64,000 bases of DNA from Candidatus Doudnabacteria bacterium (GTDB lineage: Bacteria > Patescibacteriota > Doudnabacteria > UBA920 > VMFF01). Shown here one piece after another: positions 39,682 through 49,687 of the stretch. How positions within the stretch are numbered: position 1 is the first letter of the stretch; the number at the start of each line of letters is the position of its first letter. Position numbers and translations under genes: made by a program. The notes beneath the pieces were generated by a model that ran no database searches, was not told the origin of the DNA, and saw only the letters and a program-made list of their open reading frames with translations. The DNA is taken from the NCBI GenBank assembly GCA_028286905.1, contig JAQBQP010000002.1:56971-120970 (forward strand). Direction: 5' to 3'.

Positions 39682-41097
39682 ATGAATATTACTTTTTTTG
39701 GCGCAGCGCAGAATGTTACTGGTTCAAAGCACTTAATTGAAAGCAACGGTTTTAGGGTTTTGCTGGATTGCGGCTTGTATCAAGGGAAGCGAGACGTTTC
39801 AAATCAACTGAATCGAAAATTGCCCTTTGATCCAGCAAGTATTGATGCTGTTATTTTATCGCACGCACATACGGATCATTGCGGGATGCTGCCGATTTTA
39901 GTGCGTGATGGTTTTAAAGGAAAAATATATTGCACTACCGCAACAATGGATATCGCAAAGTTTATTTTACTAGACAGTGCCGCGGTTCAAGCTCAAGACT
40001 TTCTATATCGCACAGAGCATGCCCCTGAAAATCAAGAAGTGTTCCCTCCTTTTTATACCAAAGAAGATGTTGAAAGAGCTTTAAGCTTTTTTGAACCTGT
40101 TCCTTATTTTCGTTTAACTGAAAAGTGGCAGCAGCTTAACGAAAATATTCGTTTTAAGTTTTATGATGCTGGGCATATTCTGGGCTCGGCAATAACTTAT
40201 TTGGAAATTAAAGAAGCTGGGGTGGTCAAAGGAATTGGTTTTACGGGAGACATTGGTAAAAGCGGTGCACCAATTTTACATGACCCGGAGTTGATCGAAG
40301 AAAATGTTGATTATTTTATTAGTGAAGCAACATACGGCGGCCGAGAGCATAAGCCCTTGTCAGTTGCTACCGAGCAGTTAAAAGCGTTGGTTGTGGAAGC
40401 TGAAAAGAACAGCAGTAAAATTATTGTTCCAGCTTTTGCTTTGGGCAGAGTTCAAGAGCTAGTATATTTATTACACGACCTCACTGATAAAGGTGATATT
40501 CCACGGATTCCAATGTATGTCGACAGTCCATTGGCATTGAATATTAGCGAAGTGTTTTTAAAACACTCTGAAGATTTTAACCAAGAATCGTGGAAAGAAT
40601 TTGGCAGCAGGCACGAACAAATTTTACGTTTTAGAAATTTGAATTATATTCATTCGATAGAAGAATCAAAAGCCTTAAATACCAAAATCGGCTCTTTAAT
40701 GATTATTGCTTCCTCAGGAATGATGGAAGGCGGTAGAATCCTGCACCATCTAAAAAATAATATTTCTGATTCAAGAAATACAATTTTAATAACAGGGTAT
40801 CAAGCAGAGCATACGTTAGGTAGGAAAATTCAAGATGGCATCACTCCAGTAAGAATCTTTGATCGTTATTATGATGTCAAAGCAAAAGTATTAACGATCG
40901 ACGAGTTCAGCGCACATGCCGACCAGCCATTTTTACTGGAGTACATTAGAAAATTAAAAGGTTTAAAAAAGTTATTTTTAGTACATAGTGAACTTGATCA
41001 GTCTGAAGCTTTCAAAACAATAATGCACCAAGCTGAGCCTGGGGTCAGTGTCGAAATTCCTGTTTTGAGTGAAAAATTTGATTTGCTAAGTTCGTAA
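39682..41097 (+). CDS. MBL-fold beta-CASP ribonuclease
   Basis: VTGSKH, SHAHTDH, AGHILGS, EATYG, FSAHAD, LVHS. Confidence 0.92.
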   Translation: MNITFFGAAQNVTGSKHLIESNGFRVLLDCGLYQGKRDVSNQLNRKLPFDPASIDAVILSHAHTDHCGMLPILVRDGFKGKIYCTTATMDIAKFILLDSAAVQAQDFLYRTEHAPENQEVFPPFYTKEDVERALSFFEPVPYFRLTEKWQQLNENIRFKFYDAGHILGSAITYLEIKEAGVVKGIGFTGDIGKSGAPILHDPELIEENVDYFISEATYGGREHKPLSVATEQLKALVVEAEKNSSKIIVPAFALGRVQELVYLLHDLTDKGDIPRIPMYVDSPLALNISEVFLKHSEDFNQESWKEFGSRHEQILRFRNLNYIHSIEESKALNTKIGSLMIIASSGMMEGGRILHHLKNNISDSRNTILITGYQAEHTLGRKIQDGITPVRIFDRYYDVKAKVLTIDEFSAHADQPFLLEYIRKLKGLKKLFLVHSELDQSEAFKTIMHQAEPGVSVEIPVLSEKFDLLSS

Positions 41098-41099
41098 GC

Positions 41100-42092
41100 T
41101 TATTCGAAGTCCCACCATTTATCTATAGTCGGATCAGATTCCAACATAAACGCTGCACCAATCTTCGGTGTGATAATTTTATAATTGAATTTTTCAGCCG
41201 CGGCAATTAATCTTTTAGGCGGTTCATTCCAAGCATGAATAGACAATATGAATTTTGCCCAGTGCACTGGGATTAAAACTTTTGTTTGAAGATCGGCAGC
41301 GGCTTGTGCGGTTTGCTCTGGAAACATATGAATATATGGCCAGTTTTTGCCGTATTGTCCGCATTCAAGTAAAGCTAAATCAAATGGTCCGTACTTGCTG
41401 CCAACATTTTTAAATTGCTGGTCATATCCGGAATCGCCGCCAATAAAAATTTTAAACCGATCTAATTGTAAAACATAAGCGGACCACAGTGTTTTATTTC
41501 TGGTTAGAAATCTTCCTGAAAAATGCCTGGCTGGCACAGCGGTAAGATTAAAGCGAGGCTCTATTATAGTGCTTTCTTGCCAGCTTAATTCGGTTATTAT
41601 TTTTTTATTAAAACCCCAATAACGCAAATGTGAGCCTACTCCGGACGGGGTGATTATTTTACTAATTTTATTTTTTAAAAGGCCAATTGTTTTGTAGCTT
41701 AAATGATCGTAATGGTCATGGGTTAAAATCAATAGATCAATATTTGGAATTTCATCAGGCTGGTAAACATAGCTGGTAGCAAATGGTTTGCCAATAAATG
41801 AAACGGGCGAAGCCGGCCCAAATAAAACTGGGTCTACCATGATTGTAAACCCTTGATACTTAATTAAATAAGAAGAATGACCAAACCAGACGATTGTTGG
41901 TTTTTCGGCAGGCAGGTCGATTAGGTTGGTTTTTTCAGCTGGAAGTACTCGCGAAGGTTTAATTAGCTTGGATTTGTTTGCAAACTCGATAAGCATTCTA
42001 AGATAGGAAGTGTCTTCGAGCATCATTTCTGTTGGTTCAATATTCTTGAACGGCTTGCCAGCTGGATTTTTACCGAATGTTTTAAATAGCAT
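41100..42092 (-). CDS. MBL-fold metallo-hydrolase (RomA/NAPE-PLD-like)
   Basis: WFGHSS, THDHYDH, PARHFSGR, GDSGY, PVHW. Confidence 0.92.
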   Translation of the reverse strand: MLFKTFGKNPAGKPFKNIEPTEMMLEDTSYLRMLIEFANKSKLIKPSRVLPAEKTNLIDLPAEKPTIVWFGHSSYLIKYQGFTIMVDPVLFGPASPVSFIGKPFATSYVYQPDEIPNIDLLILTHDHYDHLSYKTIGLLKNKISKIITPSGVGSHLRYWGFNKKIITELSWQESTIIEPRFNLTAVPARHFSGRFLTRNKTLWSAYVLQLDRFKIFIGGDSGYDQQFKNVGSKYGPFDLALLECGQYGKNWPYIHMFPEQTAQAAADLQTKVLIPVHWAKFILSIHAWNEPPKRLIAAAEKFNYKIITPKIGAAFMLESDPTIDKWWDFE

Positions 42093-42208
42093 ATTTTGAG
42101 CATACCAATTTTATTGAAAATAAAAAAGGTGCTAGAATTACCAAACTGATCGACACTTCCTACAATGGAGGCTGCAATGCAGCATTTACTACGGCCTCTG
42201 CGGAAGAG

Positions 42209-43231
42209 GTGGTTACAATGAACATCGCGATTGGCCTGGCGTGCTTAGCGATGTCTATGACCTTGTTCGTGTTGGTCTGTAAGGCGCGCAAACTGCTGTT
42301 GTTCGCCTGGATCTATTTGGCTTTTGGTGTGTTTATATTTGGGGCAGGGATACATTTTGTCCTGATCTCCGCCAATTCCAAATGGAATCTGCAATGGCTT
42401 TCGATAACGGTAGACCTAATGACGATGCTGGCAGCAGTGGCTATCGCCTTAGTTTTCCCGGCTGTTTTGCCAAAGGTGATCAAAATCCTTGGCGAAGCGC
42501 ATCTTTCCTTGGAAAGGAAAGTTGCTTTGGAGGCTGCAAGAAAGGCGGCTCGGCAAAAAACTGATTTCATGGCGATGATGTCCCACGAACTCAGAACGCC
42601 TTTGAACAGCATCGTCGGCTTTTGTTCTTTGATCGAAGATCAGCACTATGGGCCGGTCACCGAAGAGCAACGGATCGCGTTAGTGCGGATAAAGGATAGC
42701 TCCAGCCACTTAGTGAAGCTGGTCAGACAGATTCTTGACTACAATGGTCAGGAGCGAGCTGACTGGGAAGAGGTGGAGCTTGTGACTTTTTGCAAAACAG
42801 TCCTGGCAATGTTTGATCCGTTGCTTGGCAAGTACACTGTGTGTCTCGAGGTGGAGCTGCCCGAGGTGCCTTACCAGGTTTGGACTGATACGAAAAAACT
42901 TCGGCAGGTTATCACCAATCTGCTGCAGAATGCTTTCAAGTTCACCGAGCATGGCTCCGTTGGGTTTAGGGTCAGTTGTGTGGACGGGTTGGTATCGATT
43001 GAGGTCAGCGATACCGGAATCGGAATCAGTAAGGAAAATCTTGCCAAAATTTTTGATCCGTTTTGGCAAGTCGATAGGAGGAACATGCGCGCTGAAGCTG
43101 GCGCAGGGCTGGGACTAAGCATTACCCAACGCTTTGTGGAAATTCTTCAAGGCGATATCAAGGCACAAAGTGTGCTCGGAAAGGGTACGAAGTTCACAGT
43201 TCTTCTACCTCAAGCGCCGGATAAGGCTTGA
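42209..43231 (+). CDS. Sensor histidine kinase with ethylene-receptor-like 3-TM domain (start 42209 or 42218)
   Basis: MSHELRTP, NLLQNAFKF, DTGIGI, GLGLSI; TM pattern FGVFIFGAGIH...LP. Confidence 0.88.
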   Translation: MVTMNIAIGLACLAMSMTLFVLVCKARKLLLFAWIYLAFGVFIFGAGIHFVLISANSKWNLQWLSITVDLMTMLAAVAIALVFPAVLPKVIKILGEAHLSLERKVALEAARKAARQKTDFMAMMSHELRTPLNSIVGFCSLIEDQHYGPVTEEQRIALVRIKDSSSHLVKLVRQILDYNGQERADWEEVELVTFCKTVLAMFDPLLGKYTVCLEVELPEVPYQVWTDTKKLRQVITNLLQNAFKFTEHGSVGFRVSCVDGLVSIEVSDTGIGISKENLAKIFDPFWQVDRRNMRAEAGAGLGLSITQRFVEILQGDIKAQSVLGKGTKFTVLLPQAPDKA

Positions 43232-43247
43232 GGTAGGCAGTACAACA

Positions 43248-43279
43248 AAGGGCGCTCTTTCACGAGAGCGCCCTTCTTG
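43248..43279 (+). terminator. Terminator hairpin
   Basis: AAGGGCGCTCT-TTCACG-AGAGCGCCCTT. Confidence 0.7.
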
Positions 43280-43295
43280 TTACAATATTAGCAAT

Positions 43296-44165
43296 ATGAA
43301 CTCAGAAAAAATAAAAAATTATTATCGCCTTGCAAAGCCGGGAATTATTTACGGCAATGCTTTAACCGCAGCAGCAGGATTTATACTTGCTTCAAAGTAT
43401 CCGGTAAATCCAAAACTTTTTCTTTTAACTTTAATTGGGATATCTTTTGTTATTGGTGGTGGCTGCGTTTTTAATAATTACTTGGATCGTTCGATTGATT
43501 CAAAAATGGAACGTACTAAGCGTCGAGTTTTGGTGAGCGGCGTTATCTCTGGACGGAGTTCATTAATTTATGGAACGATTTTAGAACTGATAGGAATGTT
43601 AATCTTAGCGCTACACACCAATCTTTTAACTTTTGGTTTGGCAATAGTTGGTTTTATTTTTTATGTTTTCATTTACACTTTCGCCAAGCGGTATACAGTT
43701 TACAGTACAATTATTGGTAGTGTCTCCGGATCGATTCCACCGCTGGTCGGCTATTGTGCGGTATCGAACCGAATTGATTTAGGTGCTGTAATATTATTTT
43801 TGACGATCTGTTTTTGGCAAATGCCACATTTTTACGCAATTTCAATTTATAGAGTAGAGGATTATCGAAGCGCAGGGTTGCCAGTCTTGTCAGTCCAAAA
43901 AGGTACGAACACAGCAAAAAAACACATTCCATTTTATATATTAGCTTACCTAGTTAGTGCCAGTTTACTAGTTTTTTACCATTATACCGGGTTGGTTTAT
44001 TTAGTTTTAGTTATGATATCTGGACTCGTTTGGTTAGCGTATTCTTTAAAAGGCTTCAGATCTGGAGTCAGCGAAGAATCTTGGGCAAAAAAAGTATTCG
44101 GTCTTTCTTTGGTAGTGATAATGCTTTTTTGCTTGGCAATTCCAATAGATAAATTTTTTAGATAG
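43296..44165 (+). CDS. cyoE: Protoheme IX farnesyltransferase (heme o synthase)
   Basis: LAKPGI, NNYLDRSID.KMERT..R, FWQMPHFY, DYRSAGLP. Confidence 0.93.
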   Translation: MNSEKIKNYYRLAKPGIIYGNALTAAAGFILASKYPVNPKLFLLTLIGISFVIGGGCVFNNYLDRSIDSKMERTKRRVLVSGVISGRSSLIYGTILELIGMLILALHTNLLTFGLAIVGFIFYVFIYTFAKRYTVYSTIIGSVSGSIPPLVGYCAVSNRIDLGAVILFLTICFWQMPHFYAISIYRVEDYRSAGLPVLSVQKGTNTAKKHIPFYILAYLVSASLLVFYHYTGLVYLVLVMISGLVWLAYSLKGFRSGVSEESWAKKVFGLSLVVIMLFCLAIPIDKFFR

Positions 44166-44166
44166 A

Positions 44167-46560
44167 TTATTGATCTAGATTTTTTAAAACTTTTTTTAAA
44201 TCAATTCCTTTACCCAAGACTGGTTTCCAAAGATCACCTTTTTTTGCTAAACGCGCAAAAATGTTTTTAACGTTAAAGTTTTTAGGATCAAGGCCCTTTT
44301 TAACCTCTTTCCATTCCAAAGGAGTGGACACTGGCGCACCCGGTCGCGGCCTAACGCTATAGGCCGCTGCTAAGGTTTGGCCTTTGCGGTTTTGCAAAAA
44401 ATCTAAATATATTTGTTTCTTTCGTTTGCTCGGGCTGCGTACTAAGCTGGTAGTTTTAGGTAATTTTTTTTGCACAATTGTGGCAACAATTTCAGCAAAT
44501 TGTTTTGTTTGATCGTAATTGTATTTTGCTGCCAAAGGAATAAAGATGTGCAATCCTGTTGCTCCGGAAGTTTTGCAGTAAGAGGCTGCCCCGGCTTTCT
44601 CCAAAACTTTGTGGATGGTTTGCGCCGCTTCAATAACTTTATCGAAAGAAATATCGCCCGGATCTAGGTCGATTACGGCATAGTCCGGATTCTCAAGGTT
44701 TTTTAGTCTTGAACTCCAAGGATTAATTTCAATACAACCGAGATTGGCCATATATAAAAGAGTTTTTTGATCTTGGCAAACTAAATAATTAATATTTTTC
44801 TGGTTTGATTCAGAAAAGACTTCTACAGTTTCAATCCAGTTGGGCAGTGAATGTCCAACATCTTTTTGGAAAAAACTCTGGCCATCAATGCCATTCGGAT
44901 GTCGGTTCATTGATTCTGGGCGATCTTTGAGATAGGGCAGAATATACGGAGATATTTTTCGATAATAATTTATCAGGTCTCCTTTGGTATATTTTTCTTT
45001 TGGCCAAAAGATTTTATCCAAATGTGTGAATTCAGAAGGTCTTTCGTTTTTCGGCGAAACTTTTTTTATGGGCTCAATTTGTTCTTTGATAACACTTTCT
45101 TGATTCTTATCTTTGCGAAGTCCTAAAAAAATTGGCTGGCGCATCGTGCCTTGATCAGTCCATTCTTGAAAAACTACTTCGCATACCAATTCAGGCTTGA
45201 CCCAGGTAGCGGGAGCATTGGTCTTTGGCGGAACTTTAAAGGGGGATTTAGAAATTTTTAAAAGATCCATTTTTGCTTTTAGCGCTTTGATTGCTTTATC
45301 ATCAAACCCACCGCCAGTATGCCCGATATAGCGCAAATTGTTTTTTTGATGCAAACCTAAAATTAATGCTCCAAAACCTTTGCGTCCACCACGCGGCGCA
45401 GTATACCCGCAAATAATTGCTTCTTGGCGCATATGTGTTTTTATCTTCAGCCATTCAGCGCTTCTTTTGCCGCTGCGGTATGGGCTGTCCGCTTTTTTCG
45501 CGATAATTCCTTCTAACTGAGCTTTTTTCGCCAGAACAAAAAGTTTTTTACCTTCGCCAATCGTATGCTCGGAAAATTTTAATACTTTACTTTTAGGAAC
45601 CAAGTTTTTTAAAAGCGCTTTTCGTTTTATTAAGGGCAGCTCCCGCAAATCCTTTCCATCTAAATATAAAAGATCAAAAACGTAATATACTAAGGTGCTT
45701 TTTTTGATTTGATAATCTTGTAATAATTGAAAACTGGGTTTGCCAGAACTGTCTAAAGCAACAACCTCTCCATCTAATATCGCGTTAACTTTTAATTTTT
45801 CTAACTCTTTAACGACCGGAGAGAACTGCGCATTAAAAGTATTATCATTGCGAGAATATAATCGTACTTTTTTATCTTGTATCTCGGCAATTGCCCGATA
45901 ACCATCCCATTTGTTTTCGTAAATCCAATCATTGTCATCAAAAGGCTGGTCGGTTAGTTTTGCGAGCATCGGTTGAACGCTTTGAGGCATCGGTACCTTA
46001 ACAGAAGCTGCTACTTTAGGTGTTTTTGTAGCGGAGCTGTTGTTAACGGCAAATTGATCATCCGCTTTTACTAATAGCCAAGCGTTTTCTTTTGCTGATT
46101 TTTGGGCTTTAATTTTTATTAAAGCAAATTCTCCTTTGAGTTTTTCTCCAAATATTACAAAGGTTATATGCCCTTTGTGTAAGCCAGCTTTAATTAGCTT
46201 CTCACTTTGTTTGCGTTCAGCGGTTTGGACCGAACTGTAAAAGCCTTTGTCCCAAATTGAAACGTGTCCTGCGCCATAATTGCCTTTAGGGATGTCTCCT
46301 TCAAAACCGCCATAGCTAATTGGATGGTCTTCAACCATCATTGCTAAGCGTTTGTCGCCCGGATTCATAGAAGGGCCTTTCGGCACGGCCCAGCTTAGTA
46401 AAACACCTTCTAACTCTAATCGAAAGTCGTAATGTAAATGTGAAGCGTGATGCTCTTGAACTACAAAGCTTAAAGGCTTGCTTTTCCCGGCAGGCAATTT
46501 TTTGCCTTTTGGTTCAGGAGTGGTATTAAACTTTCTTTTTTTATTATATTTTTCTAACAT
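44167..46560 (-). CDS. ligD: DNA ligase D (phosphoesterase-ligase-polymerase)
   Basis: QEHHASHLHYDFRLE, YENKWDGYR, EGIIAK, WLKIK, IDLDP, KTSGATGLH. Confidence 0.96.
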   Translation of the reverse strand: MLEKYNKKRKFNTTPEPKGKKLPAGKSKPLSFVVQEHHASHLHYDFRLELEGVLLSWAVPKGPSMNPGDKRLAMMVEDHPISYGGFEGDIPKGNYGAGHVSIWDKGFYSSVQTAERKQSEKLIKAGLHKGHITFVIFGEKLKGEFALIKIKAQKSAKENAWLLVKADDQFAVNNSSATKTPKVAASVKVPMPQSVQPMLAKLTDQPFDDNDWIYENKWDGYRAIAEIQDKKVRLYSRNDNTFNAQFSPVVKELEKLKVNAILDGEVVALDSSGKPSFQLLQDYQIKKSTLVYYVFDLLYLDGKDLRELPLIKRKALLKNLVPKSKVLKFSEHTIGEGKKLFVLAKKAQLEGIIAKKADSPYRSGKRSAEWLKIKTHMRQEAIICGYTAPRGGRKGFGALILGLHQKNNLRYIGHTGGGFDDKAIKALKAKMDLLKISKSPFKVPPKTNAPATWVKPELVCEVVFQEWTDQGTMRQPIFLGLRKDKNQESVIKEQIEPIKKVSPKNERPSEFTHLDKIFWPKEKYTKGDLINYYRKISPYILPYLKDRPESMNRHPNGIDGQSFFQKDVGHSLPNWIETVEVFSESNQKNINYLVCQDQKTLLYMANLGCIEINPWSSRLKNLENPDYAVIDLDPGDISFDKVIEAAQTIHKVLEKAGAASYCKTSGATGLHIFIPLAAKYNYDQTKQFAEIVATIVQKKLPKTTSLVRSPSKRKKQIYLDFLQNRKGQTLAAAYSVRPRPGAPVSTPLEWKEVKKGLDPKNFNVKNIFARLAKKGDLWKPVLGKGIDLKKVLKNLDQ

Positions 46561-46563
46561 AAA

Positions 46564-47391
46564 TTAAGCATGTTGCTTTTCTTTTTCTAAGCTCGCTTGA
46601 AGCGCGGCCATTAAATCTGCAACATTGGTATTTTTAGGAGCAGCGCCTTTTTTATGAATTGGTTTGCCTTTGGCTTTTTCTTCGATAATTTCTTTTAATT
46701 CCTCGGTATAAGTGTCGTGGTAGTCCTGAGGTTTAAAAGTTTCAGTCAAATGATTAATCAATGCTAAGGCAACATCTAATTCTTTGGCGGAGCGAGCCGT
46801 TACTTTTAAAGCAGGTTTATTTTTGCTTTTACTTTTCGTAGTTGCAGTGGACGCTCCTGGAATGTTTAAATCGCCTGGGTCGCGAATTTCATCTTCAAAA
46901 CGCAGTTGGTTTAAAACCAAAACATTTTTCATCGGTTTAATTACAGCCAAGTGCTCCTTATTTCTGATAACAAATTTTGCCACGCCAACTTTTTTGGATT
47001 TTGCAATCGCATCCCGTAAAAGCGCATACGGTCTTTCGGCTCCTTTTTCTGGTTCAAGATAGTAAGGCTTTTGATAAAAAATTGTATCTATTTCAGTTTC
47101 TTCGGTGAAATCGACGATATCTATTGTTTTAGTTTTTCTGGCATTAGCTTTTTTAAAATCCTCATCATCTAGAACAATGTAATCACCCTTTTCGTACTGA
47201 TAACCTTTAACAATATCTTCGTAAGGAATTTCGCGGCCATCAGAACGGCAAACTCGAGCGTAGCGCACTGGCTGCAAATCTTTTTTATGCAGCAAGTTAA
47301 ATTTTAACTCGTGCTCATTTGTGGCGCTATAAAGTTTAACTGGGATGTTAACCAATCCAAAACTAAGTGCGCCGGACCATAATGCTCTCAT
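46564..47391 (-). CDS. ku: NHEJ protein Ku
   Basis: MRALWSGALSFGLVNIPV, KPYYL, DLMAALQASL. Confidence 0.96.
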   Translation of the reverse strand: MRALWSGALSFGLVNIPVKLYSATNEHELKFNLLHKKDLQPVRYARVCRSDGREIPYEDIVKGYQYEKGDYIVLDDEDFKKANARKTKTIDIVDFTEETEIDTIFYQKPYYLEPEKGAERPYALLRDAIAKSKKVGVAKFVIRNKEHLAVIKPMKNVLVLNQLRFEDEIRDPGDLNIPGASTATTKSKSKNKPALKVTARSAKELDVALALINHLTETFKPQDYHDTYTEELKEIIEEKAKGKPIHKKGAAPKNTNVADLMAALQASLEKEKQHA

Positions 47392-47605
47392 AAAATGAAG
47401 TTTAATAAGTCATGCTTGAATGGTAGCAAATCCAAGCAATTTTTTAAATCGTACTTTTAACTAAAGTTTGCTATAATCTGGTTAATCGAATTAAATCCTT
47501 GCTTCCCTCGGAGCACAAAAAGGAACAATTCAACCCAAATCGAGGAGCCGTCTCTTATCCAACATTATAAAGGTCGATTGGATAATATTAACGAAAGCAT
47601 ATTTT

Positions 47606-47770
47606 ATGAGCGAACGCGAATCAAAAGATTATAGCGAGCTACCTTGGAAAGCTTGGGGTTCATGGTTTAGCTGGGGTTCTCCAGTGGACTTAGGTCTAGG
47701 CTGGGCACTCTTTATAATTCCGCTTGGCGTATTCCTGTTGCTGATCCACCGCGCAGGTTTGTTGCATTAG
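47606..47770 (+). CDS. 54-aa Trp-rich membrane microprotein (not in ORF track)
   Basis: MSERESKDYSELPWKAWGSWFSWGSPVDLGLGWALFIIPLGVFLLLIHRAGLLH; upstream TGcTATAAT; terminator directly after. Confidence 0.7.
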   Translation: MSERESKDYSELPWKAWGSWFSWGSPVDLGLGWALFIIPLGVFLLLIHRAGLLH

Positions 47771-47773
47771 TTA

Positions 47774-47805
47774 AAAAACTCCCGACTTTGGTCGGGAGTT
47801 TTTTT
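47774..47805 (+). terminator. Intrinsic terminator
   Basis: AAAAACTCCCGAC-TTTG-GTCGGGAGTTTTTTT. Confidence 0.85.
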
Positions 47806-47826
47806 CTACAAAATAATAACTATACT

Positions 47827-47855
47827 TTGACGGCTAGTTCTATTGGGTGTAAAAT
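47827..47855 (+). promoter_or_regulatory. Sigma70 promoter of guaC
   Basis: TTGACG-N17-TAAAAT. Confidence 0.65.
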
Positions 47856-47887
47856 CTTTTGGGTAGTTTAATCAAATCCAGAAAAAT

Positions 47888-48961
47888 ATGCGAATTGAAG
47901 AAGAGTTAAAACTAGACTATAAAGACGTCTTATTAAGACCAAAACGCAGCACTTTAACTTCCAGAAAAGAAGTTGATCTGGAGCGAGAGTTTTCTTTCTA
48001 CCATTCTCCAAAAAAATGGCGCGGGGTGCCAATCATGACCGCAAACATGGCTACTTGCGGCACGTTTGAAATGGCGAAGGTCTTAACGCCGTACAAAATG
48101 ATTACGACCTTACATAAATATTATTCACTAGAAGATTATAAAAAGTTTTTAGAAGAATTTGATAACCCCGATTACATAGTTTATACATTGGGTATTCGAG
48201 ACGAAGATATTGCGCAGCTTAAAGCAATGATTGCGGCGGGTCTAATTGCGAAGTTCTCATTTGTTTGTATTGATGTGCCAAATGGTTATCTTGAAAAGTT
48301 TTTAGAAACTATTAAATTAGTGCGGCAGCTTTGTCCTGAGCATATTATCATCGCAGGTAATGTTGTTACTAATGAAATGGCAGAAGAGATTATATTATCC
48401 GGTGCCGATATCGTTAAAGTTGGAATTGGCCCAGGTTCGGTGTGTACCACCAGAAGAATGACAGGTGTTGGCTATCCGCAGCTCTCTGCGGTAATCGAAT
48501 GCGCCGATGCCGCGCATGGATTGGCGAATAACAAAGGCGGGTACGGTTTAGTAATCGCCGATGGCGGGCAGCAGTATCCTTCTTGTATTGCTAAAGCATT
48601 TTGCGGTGGAGCGGACTTCAACATGGCTGGATCGCTGTTTTCTGGATACGAAGAAAGCGGCGGAAATATTGTAGAAAAAAATGGTAAAAAATTCAAAGAA
48701 TATTTCGGCTCTTCTTCAAATAAAGCATTGATAGAGTTTTACGGAAATAAATCAGCGCACCGGGCTTCGGAAGGACGGTACACCTTAATCCCTTTTAAGG
48801 GGAGTATTCATGATTTTATTCAAGATTTGTTTGGGGCGCTACGCAGCACCGGAACTTATATTGGCGCAAAACGTTTAAAAGAATTTCCAAAGCGCGCAAC
48901 CTTTATAAGAGTGACACAGCAGCTCAACACTTATTTAGAACAATACGATCAAGGACAATAA
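47888..48961 (+). CDS. guaC: GMP reductase
   Basis: DVLLRPKRSTL.SR, KVGIGPGSVCTTR, GYPQLSAV.ECADAAHG, RASEG. Confidence 0.95.
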   Translation: MRIEEELKLDYKDVLLRPKRSTLTSRKEVDLEREFSFYHSPKKWRGVPIMTANMATCGTFEMAKVLTPYKMITTLHKYYSLEDYKKFLEEFDNPDYIVYTLGIRDEDIAQLKAMIAAGLIAKFSFVCIDVPNGYLEKFLETIKLVRQLCPEHIIIAGNVVTNEMAEEIILSGADIVKVGIGPGSVCTTRRMTGVGYPQLSAVIECADAAHGLANNKGGYGLVIADGGQQYPSCIAKAFCGGADFNMAGSLFSGYEESGGNIVEKNGKKFKEYFGSSSNKALIEFYGNKSAHRASEGRYTLIPFKGSIHDFIQDLFGALRSTGTYIGAKRLKEFPKRATFIRVTQQLNTYLEQYDQGQ

Positions 48962-49621
48962 TTATTTTTTCTGTAGTGCTTTATAGATCTGTTCTTCTGA
49001 GATGGGGCCGGTTCGAAGGATCTCAATTGTAAAATTATTGCTAAAACGAACAAACGTCGACGGTTTGTTCTTTTTTAATTGGCCCGCATCTATTATTAAG
49101 TCTGGTTTATTTTTTTTATTCTTAAATTGCTTTATTACATCATCGGCGCTGTATGGATCGTATCCTTTAGAAATGACAGCGGAAGGGTTTGCGCTAGTCG
49201 CGGTAATAGGTTTTTTGTAAGTTTGTACTAATTGAAGTGCAAAACTATTCTTTGGTAGTCGCAAACCTAAAAATCCTTCTGGGCTTATTGTGGACAAAGG
49301 AGTGTTGGTAGTCTTAAGGGGTAAGGCTAAAGATAAAGGCCCAGGCAAAAAAGCATCGGCTAAGGTTTGTGCGGATTTGTTCCAACTAACATACTTTTTA
49401 GCCCAGTTAAGAGAGGGTATTAAAATATGCATTGGTTTTTTTCGAAGAGGACGCTCTTTAATTAAATAAAGTTTTTTTATGGCATTAGAGTTTAAAGCAT
49501 CGCATCCTAAACCATAAGATGTATCAGTAGGGTAAACAACGCTGCCGCCGCTCTGCAAAACTTTTATAGCCTCTGCAATTAAATTTTCTGTATTAGATTT
49601 AGTAAGTGTTAAGACCTTCAT
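48962..49621 (-). CDS. tsaC: L-threonylcarbamoyladenylate synthase (Sua5/TsaC)
   Basis: YPTDTSYGLG, IKERP, PGPLS, TATSANPS, PST. Confidence 0.92.
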   Translation of the reverse strand: MKVLTLTKSNTENLIAEAIKVLQSGGSVVYPTDTSYGLGCDALNSNAIKKLYLIKERPLRKKPMHILIPSLNWAKKYVSWNKSAQTLADAFLPGPLSLALPLKTTNTPLSTISPEGFLGLRLPKNSFALQLVQTYKKPITATSANPSAVISKGYDPYSADDVIKQFKNKKNKPDLIIDAGQLKKNKPSTFVRFSNNFTIEILRTGPISEEQIYKALQKK

Positions 49622-49687
49622 AAAAGAAAGCATAGCAAAAAATCGCAATTTCTGCGATTTTTTTGCAATCAAAGTTTATTTGCGAAG

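Noticed and set aside
42313-43122. Multiple overlapping ORFs in the kinase gene
   Set aside because: Expected from higher GC (fewer stops); no motifs
43134-43295. Extended CyoE N-terminus
   Set aside because: Crosses the kinase 3' end and its terminator; ATG 43296 has its own promoter
47806-47887. Purine riboswitch upstream of guaC
   Set aside because: Leader after the promoter is only ~25 nt and lacks the aptamer consensus
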